Assembly (NCBI GenBank): GCA_963741095.1
Contig: CAVUGN010000004.1
Location: 53,190-117,189, forward strand
Source: an uncultured Candidatus Micrarchaeota archaeon
Lineage (GTDB): Archaea; Micrarchaeota; Micrarchaeia; Micrarchaeales; Micrarchaeaceae
Length of the DNA stretch: 64,000 nucleotides
Direction: 5' to 3'
This document shows positions 48,552 to 57,877 of the stretch, piece after piece; the stretch's first letter is position 1, and every line of letters starts with the position of its first letter. The notes beneath the pieces are model-generated. The model was not told the origin of the DNA and did no database searches. It saw only the letters and a list, made by a program, of their open reading frames with translations. Both the position numbers and the translations under genes were made by a program.

Positions 48552-50312
48552 TCAGACCTTTTTATACCTTGCATTCTGCTTTATCTCCATTATCCTTTCA
48601 AGGAGCTTGGCTTCCTCCTCGCTTATCAAGTAGGCGAACTCCTTCAAGAGAAGGCTGAAATCCTCGTCCCCGACGTTGGTGTACAGTATCTGCCCCTCCC
48701 TCACCTGCCTGCCGAATGTGGGCTCGCTCATCGAGATGGCAAGGTGCTCGCCCTTCTTCGCCTCCTTCAGCGTTTCTTTCTCACTCTGCATCTCCTTTAT
48801 CTTACCTATCACCTCCCCGGTGTTGCTGATCAGCTGGTAGCCCGGCACTATCCTGCCTGCCACGACCGATACGCCGAAAACGGCGGGATGCGATACCCTG
48901 AAACAGGAGTTCGGAAGCACCTCAATCTCTCCAGGAAGTACTATCCTGTCCTCTATCTTCTGCGCAGCGGTCTTCTTCTTCTCGTCCGTGAAGGCCTTGT
49001 AATCGTCTATGAGCTTGTAGATTATGTCGCTGCTTATGATCTTGACGCCGCTGGCCTGCGATGCCTCCTGCGCGTCGTCCTCTATGCCGACGTTGAACGC
49101 CAGTATAACCGCGCTCAAAGGATCGGTCGCGTACATCGAGAATGCGTCGGTGACGTCCCTTTTTGTGACCTTGCCTATGCCCTTCTTGCTGATGCCGAAT
49201 CCGACCGCGTTCATCAGCTTCGATATCGCCTCTAGGCTGCCTATCGAATCCGCTTTCAGTATCAATCCGCGGCTGTCGGTCTTGAAGACCTCGCCCATCT
49301 CCGCCTTTATCTCGTTGGCGTAGTCCCCGCCCGTGACCTGCATCACCGGCGATCCCGGCATCGCGTCGTCGAGCCCGTTGCCGCTTATCTTTATCCCGCT
49401 CGCGGCGCTGACGCTGTCGACGTAGATGAACTTGCTGGCGGAGTCGCCCACCTGGTGCATCGGCTTCGGCTTGAGGAGAGCCTTTATCTTCGCAGTTGCG
49501 ACCGAATTGCTCGTTGCAAAGGCAATCGTATCGTTCACCTTCAGGGTCCCGTCGTAGAGTATCACGTCTATGGTGGTACCAAGGCCCCGTATCTCATTCT
49601 TCTCGAGTATGCTGCCCTTTCCGGGCCCCTTTATCTCGATGTTCAGCTTCATCTCGAGGTACCTCTGCGCAAGACCCGTTGCCACTACGAGCAGTTCGGC
49701 TATGCCTTCCCCCGTCTTCGCGCTTATCGGCACGATCGCTATCTCCTTCTGGAAGTCCTTTATCCTGTCGAAACGCTCGCTGTTGAGTCCGAACTCGCTT
49801 AGCCTGCCTATCATCTCGTAAATCCTGCTGTCCAACTCGGTCACGACGCCCTCGCTCTGCTTCTTCAACGAAGCGAGCACGCTGTTGAGTTTCGAGTCGC
49901 GCCATCCGGTTATCAGGTCGACCTTGTTCGCTGCGACTATGAACGGGGTCCTGTACTCCTTGAGTATGTCTATAGCCTCTATGGTCTGCGGCTCAAATCC
50001 CTTCGTCACGTCAACTACAAGTATCGCTATGTCGGCAACGCTGCTGCCTCTCCTCCTCAGGTTCGTGAAGGCCTCGTGTCCCGGCGTATCTATAAAAAGC
50101 AATCCCGGTATGGTTATCTTTATGTTGGACGCTCTTAGAAGGGGTCCGCATATGCTGTCAATCGCGTCTATCGGCACCTCGCTGGCGCGGATGTGCTGCG
50201 TTATGCCCCCCGCTTCCTTCGCTGCGATCGTCGAACTTCTTATTTTATCCAATAAGGACGTCTTTCCATGGTCGACATGACCCATCACGCAAATTATTGG
50301 TTGCCTTATCAA
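48552..50312 (-). CDS. infB: Translation initiation factor aIF5B (IF-2)
   Basis: RQPI..MGHVDHGKT, DTPGHE, NKVD, ADSIGSLEA; TTG start at 50312 after GGGGTG. Confidence 0.96.
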   Translation of the reverse strand: MIRQPIICVMGHVDHGKTSLLDKIRSSTIAAKEAGGITQHIRASEVPIDAIDSICGPLLRASNIKITIPGLLFIDTPGHEAFTNLRRRGSSVADIAILVVDVTKGFEPQTIEAIDILKEYRTPFIVAANKVDLITGWRDSKLNSVLASLKKQSEGVVTELDSRIYEMIGRLSEFGLNSERFDRIKDFQKEIAIVPISAKTGEGIAELLVVATGLAQRYLEMKLNIEIKGPGKGSILEKNEIRGLGTTIDVILYDGTLKVNDTIAFATSNSVATAKIKALLKPKPMHQVGDSASKFIYVDSVSAASGIKISGNGLDDAMPGSPVMQVTGGDYANEIKAEMGEVFKTDSRGLILKADSIGSLEAISKLMNAVGFGISKKGIGKVTKRDVTDAFSMYATDPLSAVILAFNVGIEDDAQEASQASGVKIISSDIIYKLIDDYKAFTDEKKKTAAQKIEDRIVLPGEIEVLPNSCFRVSHPAVFGVSVVAGRIVPGYQLISNTGEVIGKIKEMQSEKETLKEAKKGEHLAISMSEPTFGRQVREGQILYTNVGDEDFSLLLKEFAYLISEEEAKLLERIMEIKQNARYKKV

Positions 50313-50460
50313 GACAAACACCCCGGTCCGCTGCAGAAGGATTGAGCATAGAACATATGCACTCGAACAATTATATCTCTTTCTGAATGAAGGTGACGTA
50401 GGCGCACGGAACTTATAAATAGCACATAGGTGTTTGGGTATAGCAAGAGAAAGTGGGAAA

Positions 50461-50892
50461 ATGGCGACCACCGAACTTGCAGGGGCAAAGGGTAATTCGT
50501 ACGCGGTCAACATCGAGCGCATAATTGAATTGCGCGACGATGTGAGAAGTTTAAATGCCGCAAGGCATCTGTTTCATAAAGACTTTTTCGATTCTGCATG
50601 CGCGAAAAATTTCCTGACGGCGATGACGCTAAAGAATTATTTGCGCACTGCGGACCGCTATCATGCGCAGGGCAAAGAACGGCAATGCGCTTTGACTTTG
50701 GATGTCGCAGCAAAGCACCAAAAGAATCTGTGGTATGATTTCAAAGACGACCAAACAAAGTCGTCAATGATTCCGAAGATATGCATACCAGTCAGGTCAA
50801 TGCTAACAAACCTGTTGGAGAAACCGGTGCCAGACACTGGCGGCCAATTGGTTGACATGCCAAAGGTCATCGCGCTGAGAGAACGAGCATAA
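50461..50892 (+). CDS. Hypothetical protein
   Basis: 143-aa ORF after TTATAAATA; no family recognised. Confidence 0.6.
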   Translation: MATTELAGAKGNSYAVNIERIIELRDDVRSLNAARHLFHKDFFDSACAKNFLTAMTLKNYLRTADRYHAQGKERQCALTLDVAAKHQKNLWYDFKDDQTKSSMIPKICIPVRSMLTNLLEKPVPDTGGQLVDMPKVIALRERA

Positions 50893-50899
50893 TCCCCGA

Positions 50900-51448
50900 C
50901 TAAACTTTGGCAGAGTCGATAGCGCGTTTCAGCTTCAGCGCCGCCTTTGCCCTCATCGATACGGCATTCTTCTGCGACATGCTCATCTCGCCGAACGTTT
51001 TCGCGTAACCCCTCGGCTGGAATATCGGATCATAACCCCAGCCTTCGTGGCCCCTGGGCTTCTTGACAATCTCGCCATAGCCTCTCCCCGAGAAGACCAT
51101 ACTCCTCTTCCCATCGTAGAAACAGATGCACGTCTCGCTGTACGCGCTCCTGTCCTTGAAGTTTTTGAGCATCCTGCACAGCCTCTCGTTCCCCACCGTG
51201 TCGAAAAACCATCTTGCGAACGCGCCGGGGAATCCGTTAAGCGATCTGACGTATAGGCCGGTGTCCTCCACGATCAGCGGCTTCTTCAATATCCCGTAAG
51301 CCCTTCTCGCCTTGTCCTCCACCACGTCCTTCACCTCCATCGCCTGTATCTCCGGAACATCGAGCTTCTTCATGACCAGTCCCGGGCCGAGCACGCGCTC
51401 GACCTCCCTGAACTTGAACGTGTTCGATGTGACGAAATAGATCCTCAT
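50900..51448 (-). CDS. Non-canonical purine NTP pyrophosphatase (Ham1/RdgB)
   Basis: FVTSN..K, EIQ, EDTGL, GFPG, GWGYDPIF, KNAVS.R. Confidence 0.92.
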   Translation of the reverse strand: MRIYFVTSNTFKFREVERVLGPGLVMKKLDVPEIQAMEVKDVVEDKARRAYGILKKPLIVEDTGLYVRSLNGFPGAFARWFFDTVGNERLCRMLKNFKDRSAYSETCICFYDGKRSMVFSGRGYGEIVKKPRGHEGWGYDPIFQPRGYAKTFGEMSMSQKNAVSMRAKAALKLKRAIDSAKV

Positions 51449-51535
51449 GGTATGGCCTGCAAATGCTGGTATAATAGAGTCCCAGCAAGGCTTTTAAAGT
51501 AGCGCGCGATAATGTGTAAAATACAAAGTGAGCCT

Positions 51536-52078
51536 ATGCAAAGCAGAGAACTGATATTCCTGAAACCGGACGCGATAGAGGGCAAAGTTGTCGGAAAGAT
51601 AATCTCGAGATTCGAGGAGGCGGGCTTCAAGCTAGTGCGGGTCAAGAAAAACACGATATCGAAAGAATTGGCGCTGCTGCTCTACCCGGATTCGCAGGAG
51701 CAATTGACAGGCATGGGCAACAAGACGCTCACGGCAATGTCGCAGAAAGGGGGCATGGAGATGGTGACAAAGCTATTCAACACGACCGATCCGTTCGGGA
51801 TAGGCAAGCAGCTCAACGAATGGAACAGGAAATACGCCTCATCGACGGAAGTCATAGCCTGCATACTCGAAGGCGATGATGCCGCAAACAGGGCGAGGGC
51901 GCTGATAGGGAAGACGGACCCCGCGATAGCGGACAAGGGCACGATACGCGGAGATTTCTCAAAGGATTCGATCTACCAAGGAAACATGGAGAGGAGGGCA
52001 TGCAGGAACCTTGTCCACGCATCTGACGCGGAACGGGCGCCCGTAGAGATAGGGTACTTTGAGAAGTACTTCTTCTAA
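51536..52078 (+). CDS. ndk: Nucleoside diphosphate kinase
   Basis: LKPDA, G.TDP...GTIRGDF, RNLVHASD (catalytic His). Confidence 0.92.
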   Translation: MQSRELIFLKPDAIEGKVVGKIISRFEEAGFKLVRVKKNTISKELALLLYPDSQEQLTGMGNKTLTAMSQKGGMEMVTKLFNTTDPFGIGKQLNEWNRKYASSTEVIACILEGDDAANRARALIGKTDPAIADKGTIRGDFSKDSIYQGNMERRACRNLVHASDAERAPVEIGYFEKYFF

Positions 52079-52106
52079 ATTTTTTGCCTTGCCGATAACC
52101 TTTAGC

Positions 52107-52451
52107 TTAGGTAGAAGTGTTTTTCACGACGCCGCCGCAGTCGATCTGCACGTTGCTCATGCTGTAATAAGCGCCGTTGCAGTTGTACCCGGTAAGATTG
52201 GCCTCTTTCATGCAATCGGAGACCAACCGCATGTTGTTCGCCGCAGGAATGCACAGGCCGCCACCACCCACCCAAACAATCTCATTGGTGGTATCGTTTA
52301 TCACGGCAAATATGCCCGTGTTATGATCCGGGGCAACCCCTCTATTCATGAACGACCATGCAAGGACAAAAGCAAAAACGACTATCGCGGCCATTACGAT
52401 CATCACGGGCACCCTGTTGCCGCACTCCTTTGATTTGGACGTCTTGACCAT
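52107..52451 (-). CDS. Small membrane-anchored hypothetical protein
   Basis: One N-terminal TM followed by a Cys-containing domain. Confidence 0.55.
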   Translation of the reverse strand: MVKTSKSKECGNRVPVMIVMAAIVVFAFVLAWSFMNRGVAPDHNTGIFAVINDTTNEIVWVGGGGLCIPAANNMRLVSDCMKEANLTGYNCNGAYYSMSNVQIDCGGVVKNTST

Positions 52452-52493
52452 GATCCTACACGCACAAACAGCTGCGAATCCTTCAACGGTCTT

Positions 52494-52787
52494 TTACCTC
52501 TTGAATCGGAGCTCCTCGCTCATCATGTCGGGGTTCCACGGCGGATCCCAGACAAGATCGAGGTTGACCTTCTTGACTTCAGGCAGAGCCTCGAGCCGCA
52601 GCTTCGCGTCGGCCATTATCATGCTCGTCAGGGGGCACATCGGCGATGTCATGGTGATCTTCACATTAACCTCATTTCCATTCTTCACGCCGACCTCATA
52701 GATAAGCCCGATGTCGACTATGCTGGCTCCGAGTTCCGGGTCCAGACACTCGCGCAATACGTCCACTACCTCCTTCACATTCACCAT
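52494..52787 (-). CDS. DUF59/SufT-like Fe-S cluster assembly protein
   Basis: DPELGASIVDIGLI, TMTSPMCP, VWDPPW..DMMS. Confidence 0.92.
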   Translation of the reverse strand: MVNVKEVVDVLRECLDPELGASIVDIGLIYEVGVKNGNEVNVKITMTSPMCPLTSMIMADAKLRLEALPEVKKVNLDLVWDPPWNPDMMSEELRFKR

Positions 52788-53024
52788 GTTATACCTCTGG
52801 ATAAAAAAATTCTTAATTGTTCGTAAAAATGCCTTTTTATGGCGTATAAATGCGGAAATGTGAACTAAATTATACGTGATGCGGGATTAACTCTTTAAGC
52901 TTATTGTATGATAATATATCACATAACAGATGATTTACGGATGTTCAAAGTACACGACCCTGCGGCCTAGTGACAGAAAATGAATTACTCGTTCTATCTA
53001 GAATCTAGTTTAAAAGTGTTGTAA

Positions 53025-53585
53025 ATGGCTATAGAGCATTTGGTAGCGAAGAAGATGTTCTTCACAAAGGGTGTGGGGCATTCGAAGGCAAAGCTGGGCG
53101 CGTTCGAAGACGCGCTGCGTGACGCAGGGATACAGAAGGAAAACCTGGTGCACGTTTCGAGCATCATACCCCCTAACTGCGAGATAATAAAGAAGGAAGA
53201 TGGCATAGCGCTCCTGCAGCCCGGTGCGGTGACGTTCCTGGTGCTTGCGAGAATAGAGACCAATGAGCAGAACAGGCTCATGGCGGCAAGCGTAGGGCTC
53301 GCAGTGCCGAAGGACAGCAACCAGTACGGGTATCTCAGCGAATACGAGGCCTACGGAGAGACGGACGAGGTCGCCGGCGAAAAGTCCGAAGAGCTCGCGG
53401 CTACAATGCTTGCGTCGACCCTCGGCGTCGAGTTCGACGTGGACCAGGGCTGGGACGAAAAAGAGCAGGTCTTCAAGCTCAGCGGCAAGATCGTAAAGAC
53501 CTCAAACATGACGCAATCGACCGTGGCCGTGAAGGACGGCATATGGACCTGCGCTATTGCAGCCGCTGTCTTCATAATCCAATGA
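53025..53585 (+). CDS. pdaD: Pyruvoyl-dependent arginine decarboxylase
   Basis: FEDALRDAGI, NLVHVSSIIPP (Ser-Ser cleavage site), GYLSE, WTCAIAAAVF. Confidence 0.92.
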   Translation: MAIEHLVAKKMFFTKGVGHSKAKLGAFEDALRDAGIQKENLVHVSSIIPPNCEIIKKEDGIALLQPGAVTFLVLARIETNEQNRLMAASVGLAVPKDSNQYGYLSEYEAYGETDEVAGEKSEELAATMLASTLGVEFDVDQGWDEKEQVFKLSGKIVKTSNMTQSTVAVKDGIWTCAIAAAVFIIQ

Positions 53586-53906
53586 TCTAAAAGGCTTTTT
53601 CTTATTTTTGTCTTATGACCTCAGCCATCGGCATCCAGCAAAGCTGCCGATTAAGCGTATGCCACAAGCGGATTATGCCATACCCAAAGACCTAAATATC
53701 TTATTAAATCCATGCAATAGCGTGATGAAAAGGCGTTTGGAACTGCCACAAAGGCAACCACGAGCGTCATCACAGAAATTACGGGATGCATTGACAAACT
53801 TAATGCTAGTTTGCCTCAATTTGAGGCTACATACGGCATAAAGTGTCAATAGAGAAGTAATAAGTACGTGTGGCAGCGGTATATAGCAAACCTAAATGGA
53901 GTTTTT

Positions 53907-54974
53907 ATGGAAAAATCCGTCTTTGTGGTGGGCGCGACTGGAAACGTCGGCAGGACCTTTGTGTCGCAGGTGTTGGACGAGGGCAATTCCACGCAGTCGC
54001 CCACAAAGATCGTCGGTCTTGCGTCGAGCACCACATTCATCTATAACCCCTCTGGACTGGAAAAGGAACAGGCAATGGGCTTCGCTCAAAAGAACGCATT
54101 GGGCTCCAGATACGATGGCCTCAAAGAACTTCTGGGCGTGCTCAGGGGCATCGAAACGCCGCTCAATGTGATAGACGTCACCGCATCGCCCGCCATGCTG
54201 AGCTTCCATCTTTCAATACTGGGCCAAACCAACCACTCGATGGTCACTGCAAACAAGCAGCCTTTGATACTGAGCAGCTCAGACGAGTTCAAGGCGCTGA
54301 CGAAAGACGACAGGCGGTACGAGTACGGCTGTTCGGTCATGGCTGGGGCCGACGCGGTGCACTTCATACGGGACCAGAAGCGCCTCGGCGAGATACCGGC
54401 CGGAATCATCGGCTGCTTTTCCGGCACGCTCGGCTACGTGACATCGGAGCTCGAGAAAGGGAGAAACTTCTCCGAGATAATACGCGAGGCCAAGGAGCGC
54501 GGCTACACAGAGCCGAATCCGACGGTCGACCTGAGCGGCAAGGACGTGGCGTACAAGATACTGATACTCGCAAGGACCGCGGGATTCGACGTGAGCGTGG
54601 GCGACATAAAACTGAGCCCGTTCATACCTCTTGATAACATCCCGTGCGACAATGTCGACCTTCTTCTCGAGGGACTGAAGACGATGGACGAAAAACTGAA
54701 AAACGACATGAACTCCGCAAAGGCAAACGGGAAGACCCTCAGGTACATCGCCCGGACCGCGACCAAGAAAGGCGTGCTGACCATATCGGTCGGTCTGGAG
54801 AACGTGGACAAGAGGTATTCACTTGGGCAGCTTTCCGGCACCGCCAACAAGATAGTCATCAAGACAGGTCCGTACGGCTCCAATGGCAACGGGGATTATT
54901 CCATCGAGGCCCCGGGTGCTGGCGTGGACATCACTGCCCGTAACGTAAGGAGAGGCCTGTTGAGAGTGAATTGA
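53907..54974 (+). CDS. hom: Homoserine dehydrogenase (stand-alone)
   Basis: GATGNVG, VTANK, FSGTLGY, GYTEPNP..DLSGKDVAYKILILAR, GAG..ITA. Confidence 0.9.
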   Translation: MEKSVFVVGATGNVGRTFVSQVLDEGNSTQSPTKIVGLASSTTFIYNPSGLEKEQAMGFAQKNALGSRYDGLKELLGVLRGIETPLNVIDVTASPAMLSFHLSILGQTNHSMVTANKQPLILSSSDEFKALTKDDRRYEYGCSVMAGADAVHFIRDQKRLGEIPAGIIGCFSGTLGYVTSELEKGRNFSEIIREAKERGYTEPNPTVDLSGKDVAYKILILARTAGFDVSVGDIKLSPFIPLDNIPCDNVDLLLEGLKTMDEKLKNDMNSAKANGKTLRYIARTATKKGVLTISVGLENVDKRYSLGQLSGTANKIVIKTGPYGSNGNGDYSIEAPGAGVDITARNVRRGLLRVN

Positions 54975-54992
54975 CCCTGCTTTTTGAACTCT

Positions 54993-55757
54993 TCAGTGGG
55001 TGCTGAAGACCACATAGATGCTCTTCTGTGCGGACGCAGTGCCTCCGAAGAATGCGGTGCTGTTCAATGCCCTACCGGCAGAGCCGGAAGCGACTCCCGG
55101 CGCGTACGGATAATACACATAGCCGGATTGCACCGTGACGTTCTCCACCACCACCCTCTTGTTGCCTGCAAGCGCGATCGCCTGTGAAGTGGCGTTGGTT
55201 AGTGCCTTCGACAGGGCTTCCTGGTTCAGCGCGGCCTTCTGGTCGTCCGACAGGACCGCCTGCACGCTCTGCAGCTGCAGGTGCGGTATGCCCAGCATCT
55301 GCGAAGTGGCGCTCGAGACGTTCCTGATGCTCGGTATCGTCACCATGAAGCTCTCGGTCGCGACGTAATAATCAAGTTTCTTGTACACGCAGTAATTGTA
55401 ACTCGCGTTCACGTACGTGCAGTTCGAAGGCTGGTAGACCTGATAAGACACCGTCTGTATCCTTGAAACGTTCCCGTTCAGGAACGGGAGCATCGTCGTG
55501 TTGAATTCGCCGACCAAAACGCTAAGATTCCCGTTGGCGCTCGCCGCCGTGCTGCCCGTTGCATTTATCGTTGCATACACCGTTGCCATCGCCGGGCTCG
55601 CCGAGGCGGTGCCAGTCGCGGTGACCGTTATGAGGTGCTGGCGCTCGAATCCCTTCCCCGACAGTGTCGCTCCAACGACTATCACCGAAACGAGGACCAC
55701 GAGCAAGGAGATAATCAGAGGCAGCCTGTAACCGTAATCATTGGTCTTGGCGGGCAT
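54993..55757 (-). CDS. SIMPL (DUF541) domain protein
   Basis: N-terminal TM, ITVTATG.....P..A, QTVSY, AL..A...A..QA..LA. Confidence 0.8.
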   Translation of the reverse strand: MPAKTNDYGYRLPLIISLLVVLVSVIVVGATLSGKGFERQHLITVTATGTASASPAMATVYATINATGSTAASANGNLSVLVGEFNTTMLPFLNGNVSRIQTVSYQVYQPSNCTYVNASYNYCVYKKLDYYVATESFMVTIPSIRNVSSATSQMLGIPHLQLQSVQAVLSDDQKAALNQEALSKALTNATSQAIALAGNKRVVVENVTVQSGYVYYPYAPGVASGSAGRALNSTAFFGGTASAQKSIYVVFSTH

Positions 55758-55874
55758 TCCATTCACTAGGCTATGATACGAATGCAACATCTAAAAAGCG
55801 TTTGTTATGTTTCGATTTTGTGCACTGGCCGCCCCGATTCCGCGGCGGCAGTGCGCATAAAACCGAACCACGGC

Positions 55875-56015
55875 TTACTTTCCTCCGATCTTGAACATCT
55901 TTGTGCCGCAAACCGGGCAGGTTCCCGAATTCGCAGTCTTGCCATTCTTCATGGTGACCTCTTTCGGGTCCTTCATCTCTCTCTTTTGTTTGCATTTCAT
56001 GCAGTAGGCTTCCAT
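55875..56015 (-). CDS. Small zinc-ribbon protein (DUF5679-like)
   Basis: MEAYCMKCK...KNG....GTCPVCGTKMFKI with two CxxC pairs. Confidence 0.8.
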   Translation of the reverse strand: MEAYCMKCKQKREMKDPKEVTMKNGKTANSGTCPVCGTKMFKIGGK

Positions 56016-56132
56016 ATAATCATCAATCATATCTCTCCACAGAAACCTATTAATAGGTACCACAAACGCACCGGATTAACGGCACAATCAAAAGGCTTAT
56101 ATAAACTCAAGATTAGATTCATCGGGGTTGGA

Positions 56133-56261
56133 ATGGAAGCACGAAAAGCAGCACCCGCGCAAATCGAAGTCCCAAGGGAAATAAAGCCGAACATAGATCC
56201 GGTTGCAAATCCTTTGAAGGAGACAAGCTACATGATGAGGCGCTTCATGAAACGGTGCTAG
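56133..56261 (+). CDS. Putative 42-aa small protein
   Basis: TTATATAAA promoter (~56097) and GGGGT RBS upstream of ATG 56133; MEARKAAPAQIEVPREIKP... Confidence 0.4.
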   Translation: MEARKAAPAQIEVPREIKPNIDPVANPLKETSYMMRRFMKRC

Positions 56262-56293
56262 GCAAACATCTCGCTATCGAGTTCCAACAAAAC

Positions 56294-56689
56294 TCATTTC
56301 AAGACGTAGACCTTGCTGCCCCTGTTCACCTTGATGTCGGTCTCTATGCCGACGTCGTCGCCATCTCCGGCCTCTTCGACGTTGACCCTGTCTATCTGCA
56401 TGCTCGAGACCTTCAGCTTCACTATCTCATTGCCTTCTTCTATCTCTATCGTGTCGCCGACCTTCACGCTTCCGGTGAGCGTTATCGCCATGACGTTCAG
56501 CTTGTCGTAGAAATGCTCCACGGCGCCCACAAAGACCTTCCTCTGCACCTGGCCGCTCCCGAGCCCGCTGACTTCGCTCCCCTGCTCGTCGTTCAGCACG
56601 GCGATCTCCTCGCTCCTCTGCGGCCGGTTGGAGGCAGGGCCCCTCTCCCGCTCCTCGAAGTCCCCCATCATGTCGTCTATGTTGTCCAT
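56294..56689 (-). CDS. Translation-factor-like beta-barrel protein with acidic N-terminus
   Basis: VGAVEHFYDKLNV, VKVGDTI, VSSMQID, GDDVGI (EF-Tu domain II-like). Confidence 0.75.
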   Translation of the reverse strand: MDNIDDMMGDFEERERGPASNRPQRSEEIAVLNDEQGSEVSGLGSGQVQRKVFVGAVEHFYDKLNVMAITLTGSVKVGDTIEIEEGNEIVKLKVSSMQIDRVNVEEAGDGDDVGIETDIKVNRGSKVYVLK

Positions 56690-56736
56690 GGAAACGCCTA
56701 GAGCTATTACGAAAGAACTTTATAATAAAGTGCGGT

Positions 56737-57876
56737 CTAACCGATACTCTCGATTATCTCTCCGAAGAGCTTTGTCAGGTCCATCACGCTGCTGTACGAG
56801 ACCCATTCGTCCTTCGAATGCGCTCCGCTGCTCTTCGGTCCTATCCTCATGACCGGCACCTTCAAGCAATTCGAGATGACGTTCTCGTCGGATACCGATC
56901 GATCGTAGCCCGCGGTGTAGCTGCCGTAGTGGCTTTGCAGGACCTCCAGAACCTTGAGGACCTCCTTGTTCTTCAGGTCGGTGATGTACGGTTCAAGATA
57001 GGGCGTCTCCCTGACCTTCACCTGGACATCGACCTCGGTCCTTTCATCCAGCACCTTGGTGCTCCTGAGCTCCTTTATCAACGAGCGTATCCTTGCCACA
57101 GCGTCGCTCGCAGTGCTCGGCGGAACCAGCCTCATGTCCATCTCGAAGTGCGCCTCCTCGGGTATGGAAAGGCCTTTCGACGAACCCTCGACCATGCGCA
57201 CAAAAATCTCCTCGCTGCCGAGCTTGTCGTGCTTTCTAAGTTCCATGCTCCTGATGTTGGCTATTATCTTTCCCATCTCCTCTATGGCGTTCAATCCCTG
57301 CTCCGAACGGGCCTGGTGCGCCGACTTGCCATGGACCCTAGCCTCAATCACAACCCTTCCGCCGCTGCCTACGGTTATGACGCTTTCGCCCTCCGCGTAA
57401 CCGCCATTATCGAGTATAGGCTCCGGCGAGATGACGAGCGAGATCCCTTCGAACCACTCGCGCCGTTCCTTGACTGCCTTCCAAGCGCCCTTGGATATGT
57501 TCTCCTCATCGACGCACAACAAGAGCTTGACGCTGCCCGTGCTGCTCTCGATGCTCTTGATCGCAGCCGAGATGCCGCCCTTCATGTCGCAGCAGCCCAG
57601 GCCGTAGAGCTTGTCGCCCACCCTGCGGATCACGCACGGGTCGCCATTCCAGTTTGCGGCTGCGGGTACCGTGTCGATGTGCCCCAAGAACAGCACGCGG
57701 GCCCTGCCCGTCCCTCTCTGCGCGAAGATGTTTATCCTGCCATCCTCGACCTTCTGCGTCTCAACCTTCAATCCCATCTCACCCAGGTATCCCGAAAGAA
57801 AAGCGCAAAGCCTGCCCTCTTCGGGGAACGTCGAGTCGATGCCGACCATGCTCTCCAGAAGTCCGTATTGATCCGT
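56737..57876 (-). CDS. M20 family peptidase/deacylase (ArgE-like)
   Basis: GHIDTV, GLGCCDMKGG, DEE, GKSAH, AHSKDE. Start is ATG 57849 or, more likely, ACG 57876. Confidence 0.85.
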   Translation of the reverse strand, partial: TDQYGLLESMVGIDSTFPEEGRLCAFLSGYLGEMGLKVETQKVEDGRINIFAQRGTGRARVLFLGHIDTVPAAANWNGDPCVIRRVGDKLYGLGCCDMKGGISAAIKSIESSTGSVKLLLCVDEENISKGAWKAVKERREWFEGISLVISPEPILDNGGYAEGESVITVGSGGRVVIEARVHGKSAHQARSEQGLNAIEEMGKIIANIRSMELRKHDKLGSEEIFVRMVEGSSKGLSIPEEAHFEMDMRLVPPSTASDAVARIRSLIKELRSTKVLDERTEVDVQVKVRETPYLEPYITDLKNKEVLKVLEVLQSHYGSYTAGYDRSVSDENVISNCLKVPVMRIGPKSSGAHSKDEWVSYSSVMDLTKLFGEIIESIG

Positions 57877-57877
57877 A

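Noticed and set aside
53722-53773. C/D box sRNA or SAM-I/lysine riboswitch before hom
   Set aside because: Box C-like GTGATGA has no matching CTGA box D, and the conserved SAM-I and lysine cores could not be aligned; kept only as an unclassified structured leader.
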